A DNA stretch of 62,556 bases from Octopus sinensis (taxonomy: Eukaryota): assembly GCF_006345805.1 (NCBI RefSeq), contig NW_021835456.1, forward strand, positions 1-62,556, in the 5' to 3' direction. Each line of letters begins with the position of its first letter. The first letter of the stretch is position 1. Under the pieces are notes generated by a model. It ran no database searches. It was not told where the DNA came from and saw only the letters and a list, made by a program, of their open reading frames with translations. Positions 13,301-27,713 of the stretch are shown one piece after another. The translations under genes and the position numbers were made by a program.

Positions 13301-13663
13301 GTGACACATGTACTTACATTTCAATCTAAATATGCAATCATTTGTATGTGAATGTGCGGATAAATATCTTTGAGTGTAAGGTGTAGTTAGATGTGTGCGT
13401 AGAACAAACGGTGAACAATATCAGACAATAATAAAAAAAACAAAAACAAAATCAAAAACAGAAAGCCTCAATAGGAAATGGATAAAGCCTAACAAGAAAT
13501 AATATACTCTACAGAAAGATAAAAAGCTTCATAGCTATGGGTGTGTGCACGCATGTGTGAATGTGTGTGTGTGTGCAAATAACGATAGTACGACAGACAT
13601 ACATACACACACACTTTTACACACGCACACATATACAGATATTTAAATAAATGATAAATAGAG

Positions 13664-13696
<33 letters not shown>

Positions 13697-13848
13697 CATA
13701 TATATATATATATAATATATATATATATTATATATATATATATATATATACATGTATATATATACATATATACAGTTACTTATACAATTACATATATAAT
13801 AAGTATATACAGTATATGCATATACATATGTATATAATATATATACAT

Positions 13849-13893
<45 letters not shown>

Positions 13894-13986
13894 GAGAGAG
13901 AGAGAGAGATATACATATGCATATACATTTATTTACCTATCAATATATATATATATACATATATACATATATATACATACACACAC

Positions 13987-14018
<32 letters not shown>

Positions 14019-14469
14019 ATATATATATACATACGTATGTATATGCGTAAGTATATATCAATAAGATGTACATATCTATACATATACATATACATACGCA
14101 TGCGACATATATCTTCATATGTATACACACACGCACACATATATATATATATAAATAAATGTATGTGTGTGTGTTATCATAAATACGTTAACATAAATTA
14201 ACAGCAGTATTAAAAAATGTTAACAAGATGACATTATATGAAAAAAGAAAATGCACATTAGAAACAGAAATAAAGAATAGAGAACAAGATCAAATAACAA
14301 CAAAACACAATACATATTAACAAAACAGTTGCATCAATATAATACAATATGAAAGGCATAACTAAATAAATAAAGAAGTAAATAAATGCCTTTTAACAAA
14401 TGTAAGAAACGTAACATCATCAGCAGCAACAACTGAAAGCAATACAAAAGACTCGTCACCCCACATCCC

Positions 14470-14775
14470 GAAAAAAAACAACAACAACAATAATAACAAT
14501 AACAATAATAATAATAATAATAATAATAACAACAACAACATGAATTGTGGTATCAACGTAAGCGCAAGCTTCAACAAAATGCATGGAAATGTTATAACAT
14601 GAAAAAAAAACATAGATATGAACAACAACAAAAAAAGCTATAACGACAATAACAACAACAACAACAGCAAGATCAAGTAGATTTGTAACAAAAAGAAGGG
14701 TGCAAGAGGGAAGGTGAAATGCGAAAGACAATAATATTAATAATAACAACAACAACAACAATAATAATAATAATG

Positions 14776-14815
<40 letters not shown>

Positions 14816-14840
14816 TAATAATAATAATAATATAATAATA

Positions 14841-14898
<58 letters not shown>

Positions 14899-14923
14899 TA
14901 ATAATAATATAATAATAATAATG

Positions 14924-14978
<55 letters not shown>

Positions 14979-15620
14979 TGATGATGATAGACGCTCGGCA
15001 AGAAATGAAAAGAAAAGTTAAAGAAAAATATTAATAATGATAATAATAACAAAAACTACAACAGCAACAATAATAATATTGATAATAAAATAATAATGTA
15101 AATAATGATGACAGTGATGATGGTGATAATGATGATGACGATGATGATGATGATGACGACGACGACGATGATGATGATGATGATGATGACGATGACGATG
15201 GTGATGATGATGATCATGATCATGATGACCATGACGACGACGACGACGACGATGATGATGATGATGATGATGATGACGACGACGACAATAGTGATGATGA
15301 TAAAATAAGAGGAAAACAACACGCGCCAGAAAAATCAAAAACAACAAAAGAAACAGAAACAGCGGCAGCGGTGGGGGTAGTAGTAGCAGCAGCAACAGCA
15401 GCAGCTGCTGCGACGGCGGCAGCAACGACAGCGGCAGCAGCAGCAGCAGAAAGAAGAGAATGGGTGTAAGTAAAGAATGAAGGAAAGGAAATAAACATAT
15501 ATATAAACAGAGATAACAAATGTATCTTGACAAGAAGAAACAATAATGATGATGATGATGATGATGATGATGATAATAATAATAATAATAATAATAATAT
15601 AATAATAATAATGATAGTAA
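14470..15620. repeat. Compound AAC/AAT/GAT/GAC/CAG trinucleotide tracts
   Basis: Visible directly. Confidence 0.9.
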
Positions 15621-16048
15621 ATAATATATATATATATATATGTAAATGGATCTACTATTCACTCTACTGTAAGACGCCATGATAAAATTAGCTGTCAAAT
15701 GGCATTTCATGTTGTTACCTCCATTTTGATTTTTCGGTCCGTACTCCATATACATACATACTTACGTACATACATACATATATACATACATACATACATC
15801 CATACATACATACATATATACATACATACATCCATCCATCCATACATACATACATACCTACATACACACATACATACATACATAGATACATACATACATA
15901 CATATATACATATATATATACATATATATCATGTAGTTTTCAAATTTACAGAAAACAAAAGACGAAGACAGGTACATACATAGATACATACATGTATATA
16001 TACATACATACATATATAGATAGATTATGTATGTATATATATATATGT

Positions 16049-16090
<42 letters not shown>

Positions 16091-16657
16091 GTATGTATGC
16101 ATGTATATGTGGGTGTGTATGTGTCTGTGTGCGTATATATGTTAAATAACGATATACATGCACACACACAAAGACACACGCCCACATATATGTGTTTCTG
16201 TGTGTATACATGTGTGTGTGTGTGTGTATGTGTGTTAATACAAAAATTACATACCCGTATATGAATGTATTTATATATTAATATACAAATATACATATAT
16301 ATATAGATACGTATATATATGTACATATATATATATATATATATATATAGATATATATATATATACATACTTATATACATATATATATACATACTTATAT
16401 ACATATATATATACATACGTATATATATGTACATATATATATATATATATATATAGATATATATATATACATACTTATATATATATGATTGATTGATTGA
16501 TCTAGTTTCAGCTCACGAGCTGTGGCCATGCTGGGGCACCGCCATTTGGTGTTGCTACATGGTTTTACTTCACGAATGCTTTTTAGCAACTGCCATTTGG
16601 TGCATGAGAGAGTTCGATGCAGCTGCCCTCATCTGCACCTCCTGCTTATATATATAT

Positions 16658-16691
<34 letters not shown>

Positions 16692-16881
16692 ACCTTAATT
16701 CTTATTGGGGCATCTTTAAAATAGGTGTGATACAAGCGATAATATGGTAAACAGGGTGTTCGGACATCATGTCTGAGTCCCAGTGTCCGGGGTGGGGGTC
16801 GGGGATTAGATTGGACGGAGGTGAACATAGGTATGAGTGAAATCGTTGTTATAGCCGGTTGGCAGTCGGAGATTGTCTTAC

Positions 16882-16902
16882 ATTCGGAAAGAAAAGATGG
16901 CC
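16882..16902 (-). CDS. Candidate 21-nt microexon (GHLFFPN in phase 0); alternatively a longer exon to ~16692
   Basis: Acceptor cttttttctcccatcttattttttcag, donor AAT|gtaaga; a 70-codon phase-1 frame also runs on from this acceptor. Confidence 0.35.
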
Positions 16903-17376
16903 CTGAAAAAATAAGATGGGAGAAAAAAGACGCCCAACATGCATTCAGTGATAACAACATGCACACACACACACAAATACACACACACACACATACACAC
17001 ACACACACATACACACACACACACACACACACGCGCGCAGACACAAACACACACACACATACACACACACACACACACACAATTGAAATATTCTATGTCA
17101 CTCTAAATGTATAAAATCATTGCCGTTATATACATTTTTATTAGAGTAGCATATATATGCATATGCACATATATATGTATATATTAGTGTATATTTTGTA
17201 TACATATATATATATGCCCCCACCCCCACACACATAGATAAAAATATATTTATGCATGAATGTACAAGCGCCTGTGAATTCATGTTTGTGTGCATGAGAT
17301 GGGTGTCTGAAATACACTCTTTGCTCTGCAAACGAATGTTTATGAACATAAAAATAAATACAGTCATATACACACT

Positions 17377-17414
<38 letters not shown>

Positions 17415-17432
17415 ATATATTATATATATATA

Positions 17433-17467
<35 letters not shown>

Positions 17468-17471
17468 TATA

Positions 17472-18480
17472 TGCTAGCTGGTGTACCCGGTAATTCCCAG
17501 GGGTAAAGATATTTCTATTGAAGCGCACTATTACTCTGATATAGGAAAGCAATTTCGTTGTAACTGCCACAAAATGTGTATTTTCCGTCACAAAAATTAC
17601 AAAAACTGTCAGCTGGGTGAGGGAGAGATTGTTGGAGGTTGGTGAAAGAGGTTTTCGTAGGTTGGCGAGAAAGATTGTCGGTGGTTGGTGAGAGAGGTTG
17701 CCGGAGGTTGGCGAGGGGCAAAAACATTATTCTGTTTAGCGAAGGATAAAAACTATTGTATTACCGTGAGAAAAGCGCTGTTGAAGTGTTAAGAGAAATT
17801 TGGCAATCGAGGATCGAATCCACGCTATGCCGGCATGAAGCCACTACAAATACGTTGTGGAATAAAAATTTATCAACTCTCATGGAAAAAGTGTAACTGT
17901 AAAAATGCAGAATTATTGGAGTAATGGGCATTCAAAAAAGTATGTATGTATAGAAATGTATGAATGAAGTCTTTAAGGAAGTTCAATAATAACGTTTAGC
18001 AGTTCAAAACTGTGAGTAGGGAAATGCAGAATTAGGTCGGCTGATCGTGATAATCAAATATTGCAGGTGGTATGGGGTATTTTACGTTGGGTTGTTTAAA
18101 TAAATTATTAGTAATATGTAGTAGATAGAAGGATCCATTGGAAGGGTCCTATTATCGAGTTTTTCAACAATCTAAGTATGTCACGAGGTTTCCTGACATG
18201 AGTTCTACTCACGTGTCAAAAAAAGTATAAAAGTGATATTGTCTGCAAAAATTAGAAATAGGACACACAAAAAAATCAATATTCATAGTAATCGAACATA
18301 AACAATGAGTGTTTAAAAAATATTGTACAGGTGCTATGGGCTATTTCCCTTGGGTGTTTAAGAAAATTAGTTACATGAGGTGGATATAAAAGTCCCTTGC
18401 AGGGGCCGTACATTCGATTTTTCAAGTCTCGTAGTTTCCAGACATGACTTCTACTCACGTGTCAAGTTTCATCAATATCA
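17472..18480 (-). mobile_element. Degenerate Helitron-like element with an internal ~255-bp duplication
   Basis: Minus strand reads an imperfect hairpin ccctgggaattaccggg then CTAG at ~17472; gacatga.ttctactcacgtgtcaa at ~18195 and ~18442. Confidence 0.45.
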
Positions 18481-18560
18481 ATAAAACATTGTAGGAGTTA
18501 GCTAGCAACGCCACAAGCACACACCGATTTTCCATATATGTAGTAGATATACGTGTGTAT

Positions 18561-18596
<36 letters not shown>

Positions 18597-18619
18597 GTCA
18601 TGATTGACTGTTAAAGCCA

Positions 18620-18765
18620 CAAGTTTTATTTTATTCTCTCTCTGTTTATTTCCTCGTATTCCTTTCTGTTGAAGAACGTATGCTCGAAGCGTAAAAGACT
18701 TTCTCACCTTTCCGAGAGTCAAACTAATACACCTGTCTTCGACTTTTGTTTTTCTGTAAATTTCA
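18620..18765 (+). mobile_element. Penelope-like terminal repeat with variant hammerhead (18662-18697)
   Basis: CUUU-CUGUUGA-A-GAAC guau GCUC-GAAGCGUA-AAAG; homologous to 56705-56860. Confidence 0.6.
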
Positions 18766-18769
18766 ACTA

Positions 18770-18841
<72 letters not shown>

Positions 18842-18844
18842 CAC

Positions 18845-18905
<61 letters not shown>

Positions 18906-18907
18906 TA

Positions 18908-19143
18908 TATAGGGCTGGCCAAAAGCCACCTGAGAGTAAATCAAAATTCCATAAATACTATCTGTAATTCTGTATTGACTCGAACGGGAAAATGTGTTGC
19001 TCAAGAAGGACTTCAGTTTGAACAATTTTCAAGATGTTTCATATTTAGATGCTTTTATTAAATTCATTCAGTTGTTAAACATAAATATATCTTGGAATTA
19101 AATGGTTTTGATTTACTGTCGGTGACTTTTGGCCAAACCTGTA
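18908..19143. mobile_element. Tc1/mariner-type MITE, ~235 bp
   Basis: ~40-bp imperfect TIRs (tagggctggccaaaagccacc...gtaaatcaaaa / ttttgatttactgtcggtgacttttggccaaacctg) flanked by TA. Confidence 0.8.
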
Positions 19144-19166
19144 CATGTATACACACACACACACAC

Positions 19167-19204
<38 letters not shown>

Positions 19205-19366
19205 CATGCATACATAGACACATATCTAGATATACTCATATGTGTGTTTGTGTGTATATATATACATATATATTTGTATATACATATATACTCGCATATA
19301 TATATATACATATATATACGTGTGTGTGTATATATCTATGTATATATATATATATGTATGTTTATA

Positions 19367-19398
<32 letters not shown>

Positions 19399-19644
19399 CG
19401 CAATATATATATAAGCATAAATATACACATACCCATATGTATGTAAATATTTACATACACACTCACTTACACACACATTCGCATACACAGACACATGTAT
19501 ACGTGTATAAATTTATGTAGGAATTATGTATGAATGCCATTGTCTGAGCAAATGTATGCAACTGTTAACATGGCGATAGATAAATTGAGATTAATGTGTT
19601 AATAGTAAATGCCATTAAAGAGGTGAACCGGGACACGTGCATGT

Positions 19645-19694
<50 letters not shown>

Positions 19695-20089
19695 GCGTGT
19701 GTGTGTGTGTCTGTCTTTGTGTTTGTGTATGTATACATATACATAATGTGTGTGTGTATATTGGTATATTCAATGTATGAATTGACACACCGTTGCTAAT
19801 AGTTTTATGACCGAGTTAAAACCTCAATCAATCTTCGGACGATATAAATGCAGCCACTTAACACAAAGACTCTCGCTACTGAAACGAAACCTTACAGCAA
19901 ACAAGTGGCTTCCTGACAGGCTGTTCCTCTTTGAATGACACATTTGAATACAGAAATCAGAATCTAGTAAATCGTCTGGAAGCGTTTCTGAGGTTAACCT
20001 TAGTTTGGGATTTTAAATAATGGGCCGTCACGAAAAGAAATAATTGCAGTGTGAAAGAAGGAAAATAATGTGTAAGGTTTTGAGGAAGA

Positions 20090-21885
20090 AATACCTGACA
20101 ATACAAAGAGCATATATACGGCTCCTAAATCTCTATCAACACTCTAGACTTCCCTAGTGCGCATTGTCATATTGATGATGATATATAACTGTGCACTTTT
20201 GAAGATCACTGCACTTTGGCAATGATCTGCTCAAGGTAAATATGAAAAAGATAAAATATCACCGGTTCAGTCGATATTTGTTTGAAGACATTCGATAGTG
20301 CAGATTTTTGCCATCTATTCGGTCCATATATACTAGATGCAGTAGATATATGCGCGAAACAGTTCGCAAGAAATTTCTAACATCATATATCAGATTATAC
20401 AGAGATGATGGGCTGGCTGTATCACAACAGTTCAGCGGTCATACCCTACACACATTTCGAGAAACCTGATTATCTATTTTTTTATCGTTCGCCCTACACA
20501 TAACCATCACCACTTCCTTCAGCGCTATAGATTCAAACTTATTGTAAATACACTGATTAATACATATCTTAAAATAAACTAAAAGAGAAACTATCACATT
20601 AATATCATCTCATGTCACCTACGCATACCTTTTAAAAACCTGTCAGTAGCATTTGTAGGGTGATGTCATTACACTTTAATATGGTAGCGTATTAAAGCTT
20701 TAGCTCCAATTAGAAAATGTTTTGAAACAAAGGTTTTATTCCAGACAAGTCAAACCCTTATTTTAAAATTCTTTAGCTGTGCAAATGGAGTGAAATGTAA
20801 GATTATCTTGACCACAACCCACTCAGCCTTATAATACTAGGTAGAAGCTCCGTAAAATTATTCGATTCATACTCCGCTTTTAATTAAGCAATACGTATAA
20901 TATTGCCGAACATGTTCTAAACATGACAGATAAAGTGAGTTACAGCTGTATTTCCTACATGAAAATGTGATATCACACAACCGCATAAAATTTACAACTA
21001 TTAAGTGCACATACAGAAGCTCTGATGCATACCAGCAAGAAAATTCAGGCAATGCAGAAGCGGTAATATATGAGACAAAAGTCAGCTTTACAAAACAGCC
21101 ACATTATACTCTCTCTTTTACTCTTTTACTTGTTTCAGTCATTTGACTGCGGCCATGCTGGAGCACCACCTTTAGTCGACGATAGCAAGGAAAGCAACAG
21201 CTACAACAACGAAACAACGATAACAGCAACATCATCATCGTCATCGACAGCAACAATGACAACAACATCAGTAAAAACAACATACTCTTTTACTTTTTCC
21301 AGTCATTTGACTGCGGCCATGCTGGAGCAAAACCTTTAGTCGAGCAAATCGACCCCAGGACTTATTCTTTGGAAGCCCAGTACTTACTTATTCTATCGGT
21401 CTCTTTTACCGATCCGCTATTTTACGGGGACGTAAACACACCACCATCGGTGGTCGGCCCGAGGCTATAGTAGAAGACACTTGCCCAAGGTGCCACGCAG
21501 TGGGACTGAACCCGAACCATGCGGCTGGTAAGCTAGCTACTTACTACACAGCTACTCCGGCGCCTATAGAGCATAAATATTACATTAGTATGAGTGAAAA
21601 TATATTTAAAAGGCATCACTTCAACCACGTATCGTCATGCAGACACAGAGAGAAGAATACGAAAACAGTAATGATATACAGAATTTGAAAGTCACGATGT
21701 AGATGTTGACATCAAATAGAAAATTCTTGAATGGAAGAGACATTAATGAGTAAATAAGGTGCATTTTAAATTTCCGCGGAATCTTGAATACCATCAACCA
21801 TTCCATGAATTATCCAAGCGCAAACCAAAGAAGGTTTCCCAAATGTCAACACATCCATAAGTATCTGCTAAAATTTAATAGATGC
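20090..21885 (+). mobile_element. Decayed Naiad-type Penelope-like element (RT + GIY-YIG), interrupted by SINEs
   Basis: LYRDDGLAV (20395-20421), RKIIRF, KVSYSC, VIYETKV, YISMSENIFKRHHFNHVSSCRHR, VDVDIK*KIL, CQHIHKYLLKF in the expected order; many stops and frameshifts. Confidence 0.8.
21110..21570 (-). mobile_element. Two SINE family B pieces nested in the Naiad-type relic
   Basis: Tails at ~21115 and ~21285; internally deleted body to the head at ~21565. Confidence 0.8.
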
Positions 21886-22052
21886 ACACTGGCAACGGAT
21901 TAAGTAGCGTGAAATTGCTCTCTTATGCGCTTGCACTCATGTTTCTTCTGTTGTGTCGTATATTTTCCTCCAAAAAGATTGCGTTCTAGCACGTTTGGAA
22001 GACTTTTCATTCATGCAGGGTCCGCCATATTGGGAAGGATAACATTACCACC

Positions 22053-22090
<38 letters not shown>

Positions 22091-22283
22091 CAACAGCAAC
22101 AAGTGTGCCACTTCAGTACTCAGTAAACTTCCATTTTTTTTAGATTGAAGAGTGTTAGCTTTGTTAATTTTTATGATTTTTTCTACTCGTACATATTAAT
22201 ATATTGCTAATTTCGCTGAAGTAGTCATCTCTCACTTAATAATCTCAACAATAAATGATTTTGCATAAAACAATTTTGATGAC

Positions 22284-22326
22284 CGTTATTATTATTATTA
22301 TTATTATTATTGTTATTATTATTATT

Positions 22327-22362
<36 letters not shown>

Positions 22363-22378
22363 ATTATTATTATTATTA

Positions 22379-22410
<32 letters not shown>

Positions 22411-22595
22411 GTTATTGTTATTATTATTATTATTATTATTATCATCATCATCATCATCATCATCATTATTATTATTATTATTATTATTATTGTTGTTGTT
22501 GTTGTTATTGTTGTTGTTATTATTATTATTATTATTATTGTTATTATTATTATTATTATTGTTATTGTTATTATTATTATTATTATATTATTATT

Positions 22596-22690
<95 letters not shown>
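22284..22690. repeat. (TTA)n/(TTG)n/(TCA)n tract, the 3' flank of the Dong-like element
   Basis: Visible directly. Confidence 0.95.
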
Positions 22691-22691
<1 letters not shown>

Positions 22692-25560
22692 TACTCTTAA
22701 TCGTCATGTTTGTTACAATCGCTTGCCGAGACACATCCAGCGTCCTTGAGCGAGTGAAGGTCAAGTTTAGAGAGGGGAAGTGGCAGGGGTAGTAGCGAAA
22801 TATCTTCATGTAATACGACACAGGCATTTAAATTGATAGGGTTTTTCTAAGGATGTGAGCAGTACTTGCCAAGATAATCTTTTGGATTTCTCTGGGATAT
22901 GGTTCTCCTGGGATATTATCTAGATGTTTCTGACATCCCTTTCTTATATACATAGGATACCCACAATAACAGGAACAGTTCTCGCTTTGAGATGTCACAT
23001 CTTTTGTATTTCAATTTCCAGGTCCTTATATTTACTTAATTTGTCAAGTTCCCTTACAGATATATTTTTATCAGTGGGAACACTTACATCTATTAGTCTA
23101 CAAGTCTTTACTGATTATGTATGTTCGATTAGCTTGGATCGTTCTGTCGGTGTTGACTGGAAAATCTCAAACGATAGTGACTTTTTACCTTCAAAGATTG
23201 ACTCAGAATGATGTACATACAAGTAAGCAGCTGATTTTGTAGTGCTTACATATTTTCCAATGGAAATACTGTCTTACCCTATCGTGGCGATTTTTGTATT
23301 CATTTGGTGTCAGTACAGGACATCCAGAGACGAGATGTCTCGGGATGTCCTATGCTGAAACCAAACTACTCTGTAGGCGCAAGAAAACTGCACATGGAGA
23401 CAACATGATCAATGATTTCATTTTGTTGTTTGCATACATGACATGTTGGGCTAGTGCCGTTCTTTTATATGTTGGCCTGGTAGCTCCTTGTAGGTAGGAA
23501 TTGATCTTGGGTTATTTAATAAATCTTTCTGTTTCTGATTTTAAACCAGAAGACACTAGCCATTGATGGATAAAGGTTTTGTTGACATCGGCATTATTAG
23601 CTTTCTTTCAGAGGTTTTTCTTGCCTTTTATCAGTAAGAATCTCTAAGGCAGCAGTTTTAGTACGGGTTTTCATACATTTAGCTTTTTCTGTGCTTGTTT
23701 CCAGTACGTCTAATTCTGGGATTTGCTGTATTCGGAATTCACGTAGATATTCCTTTGTCTGTTTTGTTACTGAATATGATGTTTTCTTGTTTTCATGCTT
23801 TAAGACAAGTTTTAACACGCAGTCATCAGAATTCTTTAGGTAGGTGTTTAGGCCTATTGTGGCAATCTTCATTGTTAATTCCAGTTGTAAAAGTCTACAA
23901 CTACACTCTTTTCTTGGCAGATAAAGTCGTTCTATAGCTGCCGTAGGGCGGCGCATTCTATGCATTGTCAACAATTTTCGTATTTTTCTATCAAGATTAC
24001 GCATTTCAGTAATTGACCAGTTAATAATAGTTAACCTGTAAGTCACGACCAGTATGGCTAATGTAGTGATCGCTTCGATCTTGTTTCTTCATTCAGCTCT
24101 GTCTTGAGTATTGCCCTTACCCTGCGATAACATTCTCTTCTGATCCTGTCCTTCATCATTGAGTATTTGATTCCATCACCTTCAAATATCCCAAGGTATT
24201 TGTAGCTCTTCGCCGGTTCTAAATTCTTTATGACACTCTGCTAGTCAAGATAACGTTGAATGTTTCTATAATTTTTCCCCCGACAGAGGTAGCTTTTGCA
24301 CAGTTTTCTAGGCCAATTTCGTCCTGATACATCACTGAATTGTCTAACAATTGCTAGTAATTCCTGTAGTTATTGGTCTCTTTTTATAGCAAAGAACTTT
24401 ACATCAACCGTGTAAATGAGATGATTTATATTTTTATCAAACATTTTATAACCGTATTGTACATCATGGAGCAATTTCGAGAGAGGTATTAAGGATAGAC
24501 AAAAGAGAAGTTGTGATAGAGAGTCACCCTGGAAAATACCACATGAAATTCTTACATCTCCAGCATTGAGAGATTCATTGTCACTGTTTAAAGTCAGTGT
24601 GGTTCTCCATGATCTCATACTTACAGACAAACAGTTTCGCAGAGTAGGCGCTATTTTATACATTTCCAGACATTTCTTAATCCAGCTATGTGCCAGACTA
24701 TCAAAAGCGTTTCTATAGACTACCGAAGCTATCGGCAAGTTCTTGTGTCGTTTGTGACAATCTTCCAAGATCATATTATTGATGAGTAGCTAATCTTTAC
24801 AACCATAGGACCTACGTTTACATCTTTTTGCTCATTAGGGAATATGCCACTTTCTATTCAAAAACTACACATATATTCAGTGAAGGCAGATGTTAGATGC
24901 TTATCTGTTACATTAATTCTTTCTATTATTACTGCATTTTCATCAGACCTGGGTTGGTCTATAATTAATTCCTCTGTAGTATGTTCTTTAGCTGCAACTT
25001 CGTTACCTTTATCTCTTACTGATCGTTTAATTTGGTCAATCTCTAATTCAGTTAGTAATTTCTCATTAATAATATTTCTTCTCACGTTGGCAAGTTTGTT
25101 ACTGTCTATGTCGGATCTTACCTCAAGGTGCTTCTGTCTTCAATTTAAGTAGGTTTGTTCAGTATTAGATTTATTTGTGGGGAAATACATGGCATGGTAG
25201 AAGGCCTTAAGAACTTAACTTCTTTATTATCTCCCCTAGACCATTTTTTCATTCTTTTTATTTTAGTTATTTGATGACGAGCGTAGATGGCCATCTGTTG
25301 GAATGTTCCGGTTGTGGGGTGCTTCCAGCTCCTGTGTTTCGCGAAGACTTGAACCAGTAGCTGATGTTTTGATACCCAGTCTGGTTCATCACCCTTGTTG
25401 AACAGGGTGACGGCCGATCCGTTTTGTACTTTGCTTTCTTATCATTGAGACATGACGAGCTTGGACATTGCCATTAGGGGACGGATCTGTCTGTTTAGGG
25501 TTAATCTTTTGACGCAACACCGCCTCCAAGTTCTATGAATGAAAACATTGCTCGTACCGT
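22691..25560 (-). mobile_element. Near full-span, internally deleted, decayed R4/Dong-clade retrotransposon
   Basis: N-terminal KWSRGDNKEL..FYHAMYFP, RT motifs YRNAFDSLAHSW, GIFQGDSLS, HLIYTVDVK, RLYLPRKE; RLE KYKDLEIEIQKM*HLK...TAHILRKTLSI*; 3' end followed by (TAA)n. Confidence 0.92.
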
Positions 25561-26031
25561 AGCTTCGTAAGGTTAACAGATCTGTATTCGTCTGTATATT
25601 TTTGTTGATAAATTTATCTCCGGGCTTAGTTTTTGTGGTGTTTTGAAACTTATGAACTGTTAACTTTGTATTAGTTCGAAAAAAGAAAAAGTTTTTGAAT
25701 TGTCTTGCTTCGTTTGTGACACGAACTTTCATATGCGTGTATGTGTGTCCTGTAAATTTCAAGTAGTTATGTAAACATTGGGATGTATGTGTAGTCCCTA
25801 CGGGTATTAAAATGTATACATGATTGTGTAGACATTCGAGTGCATGCGTAATTAATCAATTTACATACTTACGGTTTTGTTCCACCTATATTTTATAATT
25901 TGTAAACTTTCCGATGCTGATTTTGCATGTGTCTTTTGCACATGATTCACAGACATCGTGCATGTCTGGCAATAAATTTCGTTTTGGTGATTATTTTCGT
26001 TAAAAGACCGCTTCCTTCAAGTCTTCTACAG

Positions 26032-26092
26032 GTTCTTTTAACCCATTCCACCGATGTTATTAGATTAGATTTGTCTTTGAATGGAGAGCCCG
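26032..26092 (+). CDS. Candidate exon, 61 nt, phase 0 to 1 (VLLTHSTDVIRLDLSLNGEP)
   Basis: Acceptor cttccttcaagtcttctacag, weak donor CCG|gtgtag; phase fits the exon at 31466. Confidence 0.25.
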
Positions 26093-26129
26093 GTGTAGCA
26101 CATCAATGTTGTTATTCAGCGCGGAGTCG

Positions 26130-26490
26130 CCTTTTCTTCTTCTTCTTCTTCTTCTTCTTCTCTGCTTCTTCTTCTTCTTCTTCTTCTTCTCCTCCTCCTC
26201 TCTCCTTCTTCTTCTTCTTCTTGTCTTCTTTTTCTTCTTCTTCTTCTTCTTCTTCTTCGTCGTCTTCTCCTCCTCCTCCTCCTCCTCTTCTTCTTCTTCT
26301 TCGTCGTCTTCTCTTTCCTCTCCTTCCTTCTTCTTCTTCTTCTTATTCGCTTCATCTTCTTCTTTATTTCTCTTCTTCTTCTTCTCCTTCCATCCTTCTC
26401 TCTCTCCTTTCTTCTTCTTCTTCTTTTCTTCTTTCTTCTTCTTCTTTTCTTCTTTTCTTCTCTTCTTTTCTTCTTCTTCTTCTTCTCATC
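26130..26490. repeat. (CTT)n/(CCT)n homopyrimidine tract
   Basis: Visible directly. Confidence 0.95.
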
Positions 26491-26707
26491 AACGCGGTGA
26501 TCAGGCGGAACCGTTAGCAAGCTGGACGATAATGCTTAGCAGTATTTCGCCCGTCGCTACGTTCTGACTCCGAATTCCGTCGAGGTCGATTTTTGCCTTT
26601 CATCCTTTCGAGGTCGATAAATTAAGTACCAGTTACACACTGGGGGCTCCTTTGAATCGATCATCGCCCTCCCCCAAATTTCAGGCCTTCTTCCTATAGT
26701 TGAAAAT
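26490..26707 (+). mobile_element. SINE family A
   Basis: gaaccgttagc...gtcgatttttgcctttcatcctttcgaggtcgataaattaagtaccag. Confidence 0.85.
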
Positions 26708-27156
26708 ATTATTGTCATTGTTATCATCCTTATTATTATCACCATTATTACTATGTTGCTTTTGATCGTTTCGTTTCGAACGTGATTGGGTGATCATTTA
26801 CGTCGTATTTGATAACTTTATTTGGGTAACTTTTTAATAATTCAATAAATCTCAACCTAGTTTATGTTGTCTTTAAGTTTGTCATATATTTCCTAACGTG
26901 TTTATGCGTTTATATCTAACGGGCTAGAGAGATTCGTAGGCTATTTCCATATCCACATCGAATTTCCATCGGCTTTGTTAATTCAATCTCATTTTCTGCT
27001 ATGACTTTTTTTTCTAACCATTCCAACCAACAAGTCTGCAGGCTGTTGAATAAAACTTCAGTAGAAGCCTAATGCGATTTACTCATTTATATGCAAACAT
27101 AAAAGTTGTAAACTCTATAACACTAACTGTTACAGTGGACATTATTAAAGCAAAAA

Positions 27157-27235
<79 letters not shown>

Positions 27236-27321
27236 ACACATATATATACATGTATATATATGTATGTATATCAAGCAATATGCATGCATATATATCTCTA
27301 TCTATCTATCTATCTATCTAC

Positions 27322-27373
<52 letters not shown>

Positions 27374-27414
27374 ATATCTATCTATCTATCTATTTATTTA
27401 TCTATCTATCAATC

Positions 27415-27471
<57 letters not shown>

Positions 27472-27660
27472 GTCTATCGATATATTATCCCTATCTAGGT
27501 ATTTCATCTTTCAGATGTTCTCCCTGGAGGTAAGACAATTTTTTTCAAGTTTGTTGCACACACGCATTTTTGCTAGTACATACGCGGTGAAGCTATACAT
27601 TAGCGTCGTATTTATTACGTTCGCTATTTTCCAGTAAATATCGGTACTTCGTGTGCAATA

Positions 27661-27713
<53 letters not shown>

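Noticed and set aside
26760-27050. Possible PLE RT thumb relic on the minus strand
   Set aside because: No diagnostic motif retained
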